Shown here in pieces: positions 1 to 11,428 of a DNA stretch of 64,000 nt. Numbering within the stretch: position 1 is the first letter of the stretch; every line of letters begins with the position of its first letter. This DNA is from Podarcis pityusensis. Taxonomy: Eukaryota. The notes below the pieces were generated by a model that worked only from the letters and a program-made list of their open reading frames with translations, was not told where the DNA came from and made no database searches. The translations under genes and the position numbers were made by a program. The stretch lies in assembly GCA_964106645.2 (NCBI GenBank), contig OZ067041.1. One strand, written 5' to 3'.

Positions 1-43
1 ATGCAGAGGCATATTTAATGCAGAAGTATTCTTGGATACTTAC

Positions 44-80
44 AGATAAGCACGGCCTCCTTGCTGCCATCCTCTGCCAT
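44..80 (-). CDS. PRDM15: PR/SET domain zinc finger protein 15, first coding exon (MAEDGSKEAVLI + first base of the W codon); the gene continues beyond the left edge of the window
   Basis: The reverse strand reads ttttcaaag|GTCTTCAAA ATG GCA GAG GAT GGC AGC AAG GAG GCC GTG CTT ATC T|gtaagt. The exon is 44-89 with 9 nt of 5' UTR and 37 coding nt. It matches the recalled human N-terminus MAEDGSEEIMFIW and the expected PRDM15-C2CD2-ZBTB21 order. Confidence 0.88.
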
Positions 81-955
81 TTTGAAGACCTTTGAAAACA
101 GAAGGGACAGATTCCAATGAGACTGTTAGGCACTTCATAGCAAAAAGCTCACCTGCCCGAGTTATGTGGATTCCAACATATTAACGAAAGTGCTTTTTAT
201 GTCTAGGAGAGGCTGGATGAAAACAGGCCCCAGGTTACATTTGGCTGGAGTTTTGCTATTGATTTCTAAAGGGTTATATCACTCCCTACAGTTAAACACA
301 GAACTTAACTCACAAAATTAAAGGAACTGCATTCTATTGAGTCAGACCATCAGTCAGATATTGTCTACATTGATTGGCAGCAGTTCTCCAAGGTTTCAAA
401 TGGGATATTCCTAGCCCTACCTAGAGATGGTAGGTGCTCTATCGCCTTCCCATCACCCACGAATGTTATTGTTTTAAGAACGCTGTGTACAATAACTTGA
501 AAATTTAACATTCAACCTTGTGTTTGAATTGCAGAACATGACAAGTTTCCTAAACAAACATAACTTCCATACAGGAAAAAGCATTTACAGAGCTATGTAT
601 GGCACATGTCTATTCCATGTGATCTTATACATATGGTGGAAAGCCCTAGCCAATCCCATTTGCAAACGGCCTTCACTTGAAAAATGAAAATAAAAGTGAG
701 GTACCTAGCTTTGAGGTTGCAAAGGTTGCATCTTTCAACATATGTTGAAAGACGAAAACCAGTTAAGACCAATTAAAAGTATCAAAATGTAATAATTCGA
801 AACGTATTGATTTCCACAATAAGTTCTTATGAAACTGTGCATGTAATGTGCACAGCTGGAAGGATGAAACAGCTGGTAAAGAGTTATTATTCAGTACTGT
901 TTCCTGAAACAGCAAAAGGCAGGTTTGTTGGCTCATTTTACTTTAAGTGCAATGC

Positions 956-982
956 AATAATAATAATAATAATAATAATAAT
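956..982. repeat. (AAT)n microsatellite, probably the tail of a reverse-oriented L2-like element
   Basis: Direct read; the tail interpretation is inference. Confidence 0.8.
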
Positions 983-1376
983 TACTTAGATTGACATGCC
1001 CTTCACCAGAACGTTCCAGGGCAGGTTATATCAATATAAAATACATAACTGAAAACAGGTTAAAAATATTTTCAATCACAACTAGAGTGGGTCCTAAATT
1101 ATATGTATCTCAAGTGTAAAAAGAACAGGGTAGAGATGAATCTTCAGCATACAACAAAAGTTATGCAATGAAGGTGTCAGATGCACATCTGTGGGGAGGA
1201 AATTACACATCACTTATGACCCAATATTTTCCAGAAATTGTATGATTCTCGGAGCCCAGTACTTACTGTTGCAGTCCAGCTTTGGTTCAGCTCAGTGCAG
1301 CATGGCAGCAAAAAGGACCAGGCAAGGGCATAGCAGCCGTGAGCTCCTCTCTGGAGGCTGTATGGTCCTGCTAAAC

Positions 1377-1507
1377 CAGTGTTCCCAAACTTGGGTCTTC
1401 AGCTTTTGGACTACAGTTCCCATCATCCCTGACCCTGGTCTTGCTAGTTAGGGATGATGGGAGTTGTAGTCCAAAAACAGCTGGAAACCCAAGTTTGGGA
1501 AACACTG
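1377..1507. mobile_element. Palindromic hAT-type MITE
   Basis: TIRs CAGTGTTCCCAAACTTGGG / CCCAAGTTTGGGAAACACTG; nearly the whole element folds back; 8-bp TSD tgctaaac/cgctaaac. Confidence 0.85.
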
Positions 1508-2029
1508 CGCTAAACCATAGTTTGACTTGGCATGACATGCAAACCACAGGGTGTGCTGCTATTGAGAAAACTGAAGGCTACTGGTAGCCCAAGAAACACT
1601 GCTTTTTGCAGAAGGGTTAATGTCAGTTTTCTTGTGCAAAACTGAGTACAACTGAGATTCATGCATTGCACCTTGAGGAGATACTTGGAGTGACAGATAA
1701 TCCACCACAATCTGAAGAATATATCTGAAGTTTTTATTTCTAAGATGGCACTCGCTGCTCACTCAGATACTCAAGTCTCCCTACCTATCATTGAAGACCA
1801 CTTCTAAGCTTTCAATCTGGTACTTTCAGAAACAGCAGCTTCTGTTCTGAAATGTTTTGCAGGTAACTGCGATAGCTGACAACGGAGAGGGGCCAAAACT
1901 GGTATTTATTTGGGAGTCTTCTAGAAATAAAACTCCCGAATGCAGAAAAGACAAGCAAGGACATAGACATGGCACTTCTTAAGAGGGCCCTTTAGCTTTT
2001 GCTTATGGAGAGGCAATCTATAAAACAGA

Positions 2030-2503
2030 AAGAGCTTGATTTCAATTATAACACCGGTCCTGAGAGATCTGAATTGGCTCCCAGTACGTTTCCGAGCACA
2101 ATTCAAAGTGTTGGTGCTGACCTTTAAAGCCCTAAATGGCCTCAGTCCTGTATACCTGAAGGAGCATCTCCACCCCCATCGCTCAGCCCAGACACTGAGA
2201 TCCAGAACCGAGGGCCATCTGGCAGTTCCCTCATTGCAAGAAATGAGGTTACAGGGAACCAGGCAGAGGGCCTTCTCGGTAGTGGTGCCCGCCCTGTGGA
2301 ACGCCCTCCCTTCAGATGTGAAGGAAATAAGCAGCTATCCTACCTTTAAAAGACATCTGAAGGCAGCCCTGTTTAGGGAAGTTTTTAATATTTAATGCTG
2401 TATTGTTTTTAACACTTGATTGGAAGCCGCCCAGAGTGGCTGGGGAAACTCAGCCAGATGGGCAGGGTATAAATAAATTATTATTATTATTATTATTATT
2501 ATT
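2030..2503 (+). mobile_element. L2-clade LINE, 5'-truncated 3' end
   Basis: The ORF ITPVLRDLNWLPVRFRAQFKVLVLTFKALNGL..YL is the typical L2 ORF2 C-terminus, followed by a 3' UTR and a (TTA)n tail. Confidence 0.85.
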
Positions 2504-3083
2504 TCTCCATTTGTGTACATTTACCTGAAGGCATAAAGGACCCTGGCAGTTCACGTCGGCTTAATTACCTAGAATGCACATGTGGTTAAGCATGACAGCA
2601 ACTACCTCTGAACTTGTGGGGCACAGGATGTTTCCCCTAATAGATACAGGGACTAAGTGAATTAGGGATGCTTCACAATTTTATGTAGCAGCAAACGTGC
2701 TTTCCACAACATGGATGCCCAGTACAACTAATCCTAGCTCTCTGGAAACACTATTTTGACTCTCATGCCGTTTTCATTTGTGAGCAAATCATTTCAAGTG
2801 TGTATTTTATGTAACAAGTACCCCATAAGTCTGTTAGCTGGGATGGCTCAAAAAGTGATTAAATTCAAATGATATTCTCTCCATAGCTAATATGAGATAG
2901 CTAAATGGCACCTCCATACTCAGGAGTACTCTTCTGAATATCACACACTGGGGACAGAAGTCTAACTTTACACCCTGCTTGTAAGCATCCTGGAAGCACC
3001 AGGATCCTGGGAGATAAACAAGACATGTCCAGGAAAATGAACACCGACTTTAATTGTGTTTTGACCTCCACCTTCCTCTAGGG

Positions 3084-3217
3084 CAGTTTCCCAAACTTGG
3101 GTCTCCAGCTGTTTTTGGACTACAGCTTCCATCATCCCTAGCTAGCAGGACCAGTAGTCAGAGATAATGGGAATTGTAGTCCCAAAACAGGTGGAGACCC
3201 AAGTTTGGGAAACGCTG
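3084..3217. mobile_element. Palindromic hAT-type MITE, same family as 1377-1507, opposite orientation
   Basis: Same TTTCCCAAACTTGGG termini and GGACTACA..CCATCATCCCT core; flanked by degenerate NTCTAG-type target sequence. Confidence 0.8.
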
Positions 3218-3294
3218 GTCTAGCACTACTGTCCCAAACATTGACTTTGGCTCACAAGTGGTACAACGAGAATGAACCCTGGATAGTCCAAAAT

Positions 3295-3425
3295 TAGAAT
3301 CATAGTTGGAAGAGTTCCAAGGCTCTAGTCCAACCCCGTGCAATGCAGGAACGGGCAGCTGCCCCACATGTGGATCGAACCTGCAACCTTGGTATTATCA
3401 GTACCACACACTAACCAGCTGAGCC
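3295..3425 (-). mobile_element. tRNA-derived SINE with CR1-type tail (tRNA-Ile-like head)
   Basis: Minus strand GCTCAGCTGGTTAG...CTGATAA...GGTTCGATCC, then TTCCTGCATTGCA.GGGGTTGGACTAGA...CTTCCAACTATGATTCTA. Confidence 0.75.
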
Positions 3426-5219
3426 ATATAGATGACAGATGGGAAGAGGGTGTGAAACACTGCACTATACAAGTCTTTAAGTTGCAAATCAACATGTTGA
3501 CAAAAGCAGAGTCAATACATTTTATACTTGGTTGCAGTATTTATACATTTGTGGCAATTTTCAGTGCTTGTAACTGTTGTTAACACTATGGTTTTCCTTT
3601 TCTTCTTTTTGGTATTTTTAATGCCTTAGTTTCCCATTGACATGCAAAGCAAAATTCAGATGCACCATACTAATTAATTTTATTAAAATGCTTTCATTTT
3701 GCAAAAATATAAACGAATAATCATACTGATATCAAGGCTACATGACTACAGAAATAGCATCCGTGAAATAAACACAGATAATAACTTGCAGTAAACTGCT
3801 AATTGGTACATTTTTCTTTGGGCAAGATAGGTGAGGAAGAAGAACTAATTAAAAAAGCAGCATAAAAAGAGTGAGATCATATCCGAGTATAGCTGAGAAA
3901 ACATAGACACCTGATACTTAGTAAACAGTCCAATGCCAATCGTACAACTAGATGAGATTTTAAGCCAAACGTGCAAGTATTTGCATGATTAAAGGTATTA
4001 GAGAAAAATTATTTAGATCAATAACAGGAGCAGGAAAGAGACTGCAAGTGGATTAATGGATTAACTAATATCTGAATTTGTGCAAGGAAACAAGAAAAAT
4101 GCTTTCCAATATTTTATTTTGCTCACTTACTGAATATTATAGTATTGGTTTTAATTTTACGAGAGATTATTTTGAAGCATCTTTTGCCACCTTAAATGGG
4201 CCTCTAATAGCAAACTTTGGAACTGGGTTCCAAAGGTGTTTTAGGACCATACAATGGCACCCATGCATCTTGCAGTTGAATGTATCAATCATCAAGTACA
4301 CTGTGGGCACCATTAAACAATAAATTTATTGAACAAACATACCTCCCCCGTTATATCTACTATCAACAGTGGTTGGAACATGTAGCCTTAATTAACTTCC
4401 TCAGCAGGACGTGACCATGTGTGAAGGGGAAAAAATAAATGCACCATGGAAATTGGCAGTTTCCCTTGAAAACACTCCATGACATTATTCTGAGTGTGTC
4501 AACACAAGCAAGAGCGCAAAGAAGTATTAATGATGGAGAATCCAAAAATTGGAAAAGCCTCCACCCCCATATCAGATTAGTACATGAACAATAATCCTAC
4601 TCTAAATTCCATTTTGGGGATTTTACAAGCCACCTATGACGGGTCACTTCACACATTCCTTTCTGACATGTTAATATTTTTGACACAGTGTAGTATGTGG
4701 CCTTCGATACAGGTAAACAGGTCAAGAAACAATGCATCTGCATTCAATGTCTTTTTATTAAAACCAGTTAAAACTTGCAGTTTTCACATTTATTTTCATA
4801 CATGGACATGACCCGCATGATTAAACTAGTTTTTTGAAAAATGTAATAAAAAGAGAGCAATTTATGCCACTGGATGAATCTGCCTGGCTAACAAACCTTT
4901 GCCAGTCCATCCACATCAGAGGATGAAATACAGTTCCAACAGTAACTCCTTATAGCCAAATGGATGATTGGAGAATAGGGAAAATACCTGACTCACGCAT
5001 ACATTTAATATTTAAAATATGAGAATTAATTTATCAGAATATAATATCATAATCAGCAAGCTATTCTACCAGATCTACTTCTCAACCGAGGCGAGTGGAG
5101 AATTTTTTAAAAAGAGCATTTTAAATGTTTATTTTAAAGAAACCCACATTGTTTCAATGCATTGAGAAAACGCGACTGCAAGAACAGGACGTGCCAGATA
5201 TGCCGAATTTCCCCAAGGT

Positions 5220-6620
5220 CCGCGCGTGTGTGTGTGACCTTGTACATGTGGCACAAAAGGACCAAGCGGGCGCCAGAGAGGGGGCACAATCTGCGGATTT
5301 TAAGGAGAGAGTCCCGCACCTCTCCGAGTGGCTGCAGTCTGTGGAGCAGGCCACCTCCACACGCCCCCTTCGCAAGAGCGGCGCCTGCCCTGCCCTTCTC
5401 CAGCCGCGCACCAGGCGCAGGCACGGCGGGGGAGGGAGGGCGCTTTGTCCTGCCCCCGGGCAAGCCGAAGCCCTCCGCTTCCCAGCCCCAGGGCGAGCCC
5501 GAGCCTTGCCTCTCGGGGTGCACCGCCCGCCCGCGCTGCCTCCCCGAGTACAGGGGCTGCCCCACCCAGGTCCGGTCAGGGTTGGAGGGGAAAGGAGGAA
5601 AGGGCGCGGGGCGGGAGAGAAGCGCAGCCCAGGGCGGCGGAGGCGCCAGGCGAGCCTTGCCCGCACGGGGCGGGCGGGCGGGCGGCTGCCTGGGTTGGGC
5701 TGGGGATCCGGGAGCGGCTCCGCCGGGTTTTGCCTCGGACCCGCCTCGCCCCCTCCACGCCGCGCGGCCGCAGGCGGCTCCTGCCTGTAACAAAGAACAG
5801 GCGGCGTGGAGGAGGAGAGCGGGACGGAGGGGAGGGAGCAGCAGGCGGCGCCGCGGCCGCTGCCGGGGCCCCGCCGCGCCTCCCCGAGAAGCGCCCCGCG
5901 CGCGCCAGAGGGGGCCCGCCGGCCCAGGGTCCCCGCGCGGGGGGCGAGGGCGGCGAGGGGGCGGCGCGCGGCGAGGCGGGAGGGTGGGGGAGGGGGGCTG
6001 CCTTACCTGCTTTTGGAATGTTCACACCCGGATCGAATCCGGGCTCCAGGTTCCGATCCGAGCCGGAAACCACGCGCCACCGGAAGCTGGAGCTTGGTTG
6101 TTCGCGGGGCACCATGGGAATCGTAGTTCAGGGAGTCGGGGGTGGAGTGGAGAATGGCGCGGCGGCCGTGAAACCAGGGCGGACGGGCGAGGTGGATGGA
6201 GAGAGGGGCCTCCGAGCTTCTGCTGAGCCGCTTTGTGCTAAGAAGAGGAGAGGGCAGAAGTTCTATGGCAACGGCAGCAGCCAAGGGAGGAGTGTAGAGG
6301 GAGGATGGACAGCTCTGTGTGACACGCGCACATGCGCGCCACCGCCTGGCACAGCTGAGCACGGGTGAAATCCTGGCACCTGCCCAGGATTACAGTTTCG
6401 GTTAAGCGGTGTTAGTTGCCACCCTCTCGATTTGCAGCGGGTGGACAGAGTGGCCTCCCCTGGAACTGACGAGGGACTCGCTTCTGAAAAACATGCCGTG
6501 CAGTTTTTGTGGTTTTTTTAAAAGGCAACGAAGTGCTGGGTGACATTCAGGAAGGAGACGTAGCGCAACCTTTTGCAGGGCTCCATAACCGCGTCGGAAT
6601 TAATGCACATGGAAGGTTGC
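5220..6620. promoter_or_regulatory. CpG island / PRDM15 promoter
   Basis: Very GC- and CpG-rich. Two CCGGAA ETS sites (6063, 6080), a ZNF143/SBS-like GAACTACGATTCCCATGGTGC on the minus strand (6109-6129), and an RFX-like GTTCTATGGCAAC (~6260-6272). Confidence 0.8.
6007..6110 (-). other. PRDM15: Probable non-coding exon 1 of PRDM15 (upper boundary/TSS approximate)
   Basis: Strong donor GCAG|GTAAGG (GT at 6006-6005) inside the CpG island, just downstream of ETS and SBS promoter motifs. Confidence 0.6.
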
Positions 6621-8174
6621 GCGTCCGAATGGTTCAACGTGTCAGAGATAGATGTTTAGGGGAGGATGAGACGTTGGGTTCCACTTATTAGGGGTACCAG
6701 CTTATTCTGAGAGCAATCAACAGTGCTGGTGTTGACCTTCATTAATGCCAAAGGCTTGGGTTTAGGTTAGTTGAGGGACCTACCGCCTTCGTCTATTTCA
6801 TCCTGCCCAAAAACGCAGACCTCACACACCCGCAGCATCCCTTTTCTCCGTTCTTTCAGGTATTAGCCGTAGATAATATCCTCTTGGGGAGGACGCCCTC
6901 CCCTGAAAGTTTCGTCTGGCTCCTTCACTGCTTGCGTTTTACCAGAACAGTTAAATTTCTCTCTTAAAACAGGCCTTTAAATTCCATCCAGAGTAGCTGG
7001 AATCAGCAGAGCATTCACTGCCAGTGGCTCTACCACTCAAATTGTGCCCACCCCCCACCCCCCGTTAGGATTTCTCTGCCCATCCTTAAGGTGACTGGGA
7101 AAATTATACCACACCAGACAAAGCAATATACAGGTGGGGGGGCGGGGGGGACGCAGCAGTTTAGAATACAGAAGCTTCATACATTTTGGTGTGAGGTGCC
7201 CTGTATGTTATTAAAATGATATTTTGACAAAATGTTCCAGAGTTTTTCCAAAGAGTCTTCTAGACCCCTTTGCAATGGGAGATAGGTACTGTTCTTTTCT
7301 TTTTTTACTTGCAATGCAAGCTGAGCAGAAAAGGTTGATAACTTGCTTCTTTCAGCTAAGCTGGGTCCACACTTAGTGTGTTAATACATTCCTAGGTCAG
7401 TTCCCATATGAGCATTCATGGACCTTTGTCTACTCATGAGCACAAACCAGAGTGCAAACCAGTATTGGGGTGGGATAATCCAACAAGTGAGATGGTTGTA
7501 TCCACACTGCCCAGGCTTGCACTCCAGGGAGGTCACTTTGGTGCTGTTAACACATTGATTTGACTTCACCCCATGAGACACACTCCATTGTGTCTCAAAA
7601 CAGATGCCAACAACAAGGTTGTATTCACACTGTGTTGTTCCCTCCCCTCAACTCTCAATTAGTACTTCACCTACCTTAAGTTCTGGAAGCCTGATGGTCC
7701 CTTGTGGACATGTGGACAGACACTTGTGTGCACACACCCCTTTTAAGTCTTTTTTGAATCAAGTTTTCCAGTGTATTATTTGCATGATTGCCCACTCTTC
7801 ACCCCAAGGGCCCAGGTGGATTATGATAGTAACAAATTTAACCCACTGTTTGCATAAATGAGCAGTCAAATAAATGTAAGCTACTCCAAGCAAGGTAAGG
7901 ATTTGGAGTCCCTCACGTGGAAGTATGTTGCTTCCTTTCTCGACTTTTGCTTTCGTGATTCTGGAGCTGCAAGGGCAGTTGTTTTTTTAACCATAGCTGT
8001 TTTGTGCAAGGGCAGTTCTGCACAAAAGAGCTGTTTAAAAATACAAGTAACTCACAGCTTATGTGAGGAGATGGTGCATAGGCACAACCCACCCCTGACA
8101 TACTCAAAGCACCCTCTTAGAACTGCTCCTAAGTGAACAGTCTTTCCCTCTGGAGCAGTGGACAGGTCTTGGCG

Positions 8175-8175
<1 letters not shown>

Positions 8176-8212
<37 letters not shown>
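8176..8212. repeat. (CA)n microsatellite
   Basis: Direct read, about 18 units. Confidence 0.95.
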
Positions 8213-8214
<2 letters not shown>

Positions 8215-10287
8215 AAGTTAGACAGAGTTCTCAAGAGAGCCTCTGAGAGCCAAGTAAACAAGTATGGGAACTTAAAATCTCTGCCTTCTGTGCATTTAAT
8301 TTGTACGATTCCAACCAGCTGGCCTTCAACTGCAAAAAGTGGAAACTGCACATGTTAAAAGAGTGTAAGTTGCAAGTTACGTGTACTGCAAAACAGCAAC
8401 CCCCTCCCTATTAACCAGTGGAAAAAGGCAGGCTGCATCTTTGCCTTTGGGCTGCTAAAAACAAAATGGAAGTGGGGGTGGGGATATGTAAAAGGCAGCA
8501 TGCAGTAATGAAGAAGCCACACAATGCACCTTTGGCATTTTTTTTAAAAAATCCAGCAACAGAGCTTTAAGGTTTTCAAATAGTTTTTAAATGTCTTCAA
8601 GTATTTGTAAGTTAGAGCAACAAGTGCTTCTCTTTCTAAAAACAGTTTTGCATTTCATTCCACTTATGTGCCATCGTCGAGCTATACAATAAAGCAAAAT
8701 CATAACTGAATGCATTTGCAATCCATCCTAAATTCATTTACATGGAAGCAAGCCCCATCCATTATGAAATGGGCCTTACCTCCAAGAAAGCGTTAACTAA
8801 GATCACATGGAGCTTATACACAAATATTTCATTTTTATAAGTTAATACTCTTAACAGTCAATCTATAATAAGCTTTCATATTAGAAGCTAGCATTTGCCC
8901 AACATACTGGAAACTGTTGCTTCACCTCAACAGCCTTCTTTTGCATATTGGCCTTTAGAATGCTGCATCCAAACCATCATTATAACTTATGTAAATCACT
9001 AATGCATATATCAGAAACAGTATCCCTTATCCCAATGATCTCTCTTGATTCAGTGGTTATAAGCAGCAGTGGTATTGGTATAGGTTTCGCCTGAATAAAA
9101 GTTAACAAGGGTTGATTGTTTACTTCAATCAAGCCACCTGTTCCAAAGTAAGTCCCAATGAAGTCAGAATGATTAAAATAGGCTAACGTTTACAATTTCA
9201 GTAAAAAATATATATAATACGAATGTCAGTTTAAAGCTATACACATGTATTATGTTTCCCTTGCCTACCAGTCAGTAAAGGTTTCCCCAGCCTTGTTGAT
9301 ATTTTAAACAGCAAACTATTTCAATACTGAAATACATACATCCCTCAATGTGTGTATTTAGTTCCAAAATGGGAATGAGAAAGAAAAAAGACTAAACATA
9401 CTGTATTGTCATTCATTACTTTTGTTATGATGGGGTACATTTGTCTAACAAATGGTGGGTTCCCCGAACTACAGTGCTGCACTGGCAATGCAGATCTCTC
9501 AAAGGATAACAGATAAGTTTTAAGTCATTTATCAGCATACCATCTTAAAAATAAAAGAGTTTTTTCATAGTATATGCACATAATATTAAAATTAAGAGTC
9601 ATAATAATTGCATAAATTACAAGTTTGTATGGCTACTATCTATCAAAAGCAAGTCTAATTTACACAGCTTTAGCAATTATTATTATTCTATCAGGCTACC
9701 CCATTCAGCATTTCATTTTTCCTTCCAGTAACATTCTGAGGCTGCAATTCTCTGCACCTGGGATTAAGCGCCTCTGCATACTGCAGGAATCGCTTCTGAG
9801 TAATTATATACAAGATTGCATTGCAAATGCATGTATTCTACTTCAGAACATCTGGATCAGGATTTCTTTGCTCTTTCCACTTCTACAGCTCGATACCCTG
9901 TTTAAAATTTGTATTGCTACTCTTCATTGCTTTTCCTTTAAAACAGAACCATGATATGCCACTATTAACATACATTCATGCAGACAATTGTCCACTATAG
10001 CTCCCTGGTACTGTATTTTAAGCCTGATATCTAAAAAGAAGTGTTTTTGGACTAAGGCCTGCTGATTTTAATGCGCTTACTTCCAAGTAAGTATGGTTAG
10101 GACTAAGGCCTTAGTCTTTACAATGTAAAATAGCCATAAGTCTTCTACCAATACCATGTCCCTGCTTTGCTGCCCAGCCTTTTCCATGGACCACAGCATT
10201 AGTGAATCTCAGTAAGCATATAATAGTTTATATTTCTGTAAACAGTTGCTCATGTGCAGGTCATATACATTTGGCATGTACTAGGCT

Positions 10288-10563
<276 letters not shown>

Positions 10564-10943
10564 TTAGTAGCCTTTATTTGAAATAGTAACACCTGCCCCA
10601 CTTTCAATCCAATTTCTCTTTTCTTTTTTAGTCATTGACTTTCTTTTTTTAAAACAGAAGCAGAAACCATAGTCCTAATTATATATTTTAGTAGATGTGC
10701 TAGAATACCAATAGTAGTACTGAGCATTTCTATACCTCTGAGTATTTACGGTAATTTATTTCAATCATCCACAACAACCCTATTAGGTGAATCACTATTC
10801 TCTCAGGAGAGGGAGCTAAGGCCAATATGGTGATTTTCCTATTGCCATTTAATCATAGCTCAGGGTCTTTATGGAATCTGGAGAGCTTGCTCATAGCTCA
10901 CATTGCTAACACGACATCATTACTGGAAACTACCCCAAATATT

Positions 10944-11428
10944 GCAGAGACGTCACCTTGCCAACAAAGGTCCAAATAGTTAAAGCTATGGTTTTCCCAG
11001 TAGTGATGTATGGAAGTGAGAGCTGGACCATAAAGAAGGCTGATCGCCCAAGAATTGATGCTTTTGAATTATGGTGCTGGAGGAGACTCCTGAGAGTCCC
11101 ATGGACTGCAAGAAGATCAAACCTATCCATTCTGAAGGAAATCAGCCCTGAGTGCTCACTGGAAGGACAGATCCTGAAGCTGAGACTCCAATACTTTGGC
11201 CACCTCATGAGAAGAGAAGACTCCCTGGAAAAGACCCTGATGTTGGGAAAGATGGAGGGCACAAGGAGAAGGGGACAACAGAGGACGAGATGGTTGGATA
11301 GTGTTCTCGAAGCTACCAGCATGAGTTTGACCAAACTGCAGGAGGCAGTGGAAGACAGGAGTACCTGGCGTGCTCTGGTCCATGGGGTCAAAAAGAGTCA
11401 AACACGACTAAACGACTAAACAACAACA
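10944..11428 (+). mobile_element. RTE-clade BovB LINE, 5'-truncated
   Basis: ORF VKAMVFPVVMYGSESWTIKKA...IDAFELWCWRRLLRVPWTARRSN...LKLRLQYFGHLMRR.DSLEKTLMLGK; (CAA)n tail; 12-bp TSD accccaaatatt at 10932-10943 and 11429-11440. Confidence 0.92.

Noticed and set aside
3360-3425. tRNA-Ile-like sequence
   Set aside because: The acceptor and D stems are broken and it is fused to a CR1-type tail; it is a SINE head, not a tRNA gene.
5125-6368. Several overlapping 100-350 aa ORFs on both strands
   Set aside because: Low-complexity Arg/Gly/Pro/Ala translations expected from a stop-poor CpG island; no domain signature.
10930-11401. Minus-strand 153-aa and 81-aa ORFs
   Set aside because: Antisense frames of the BovB fragment, not host exons.
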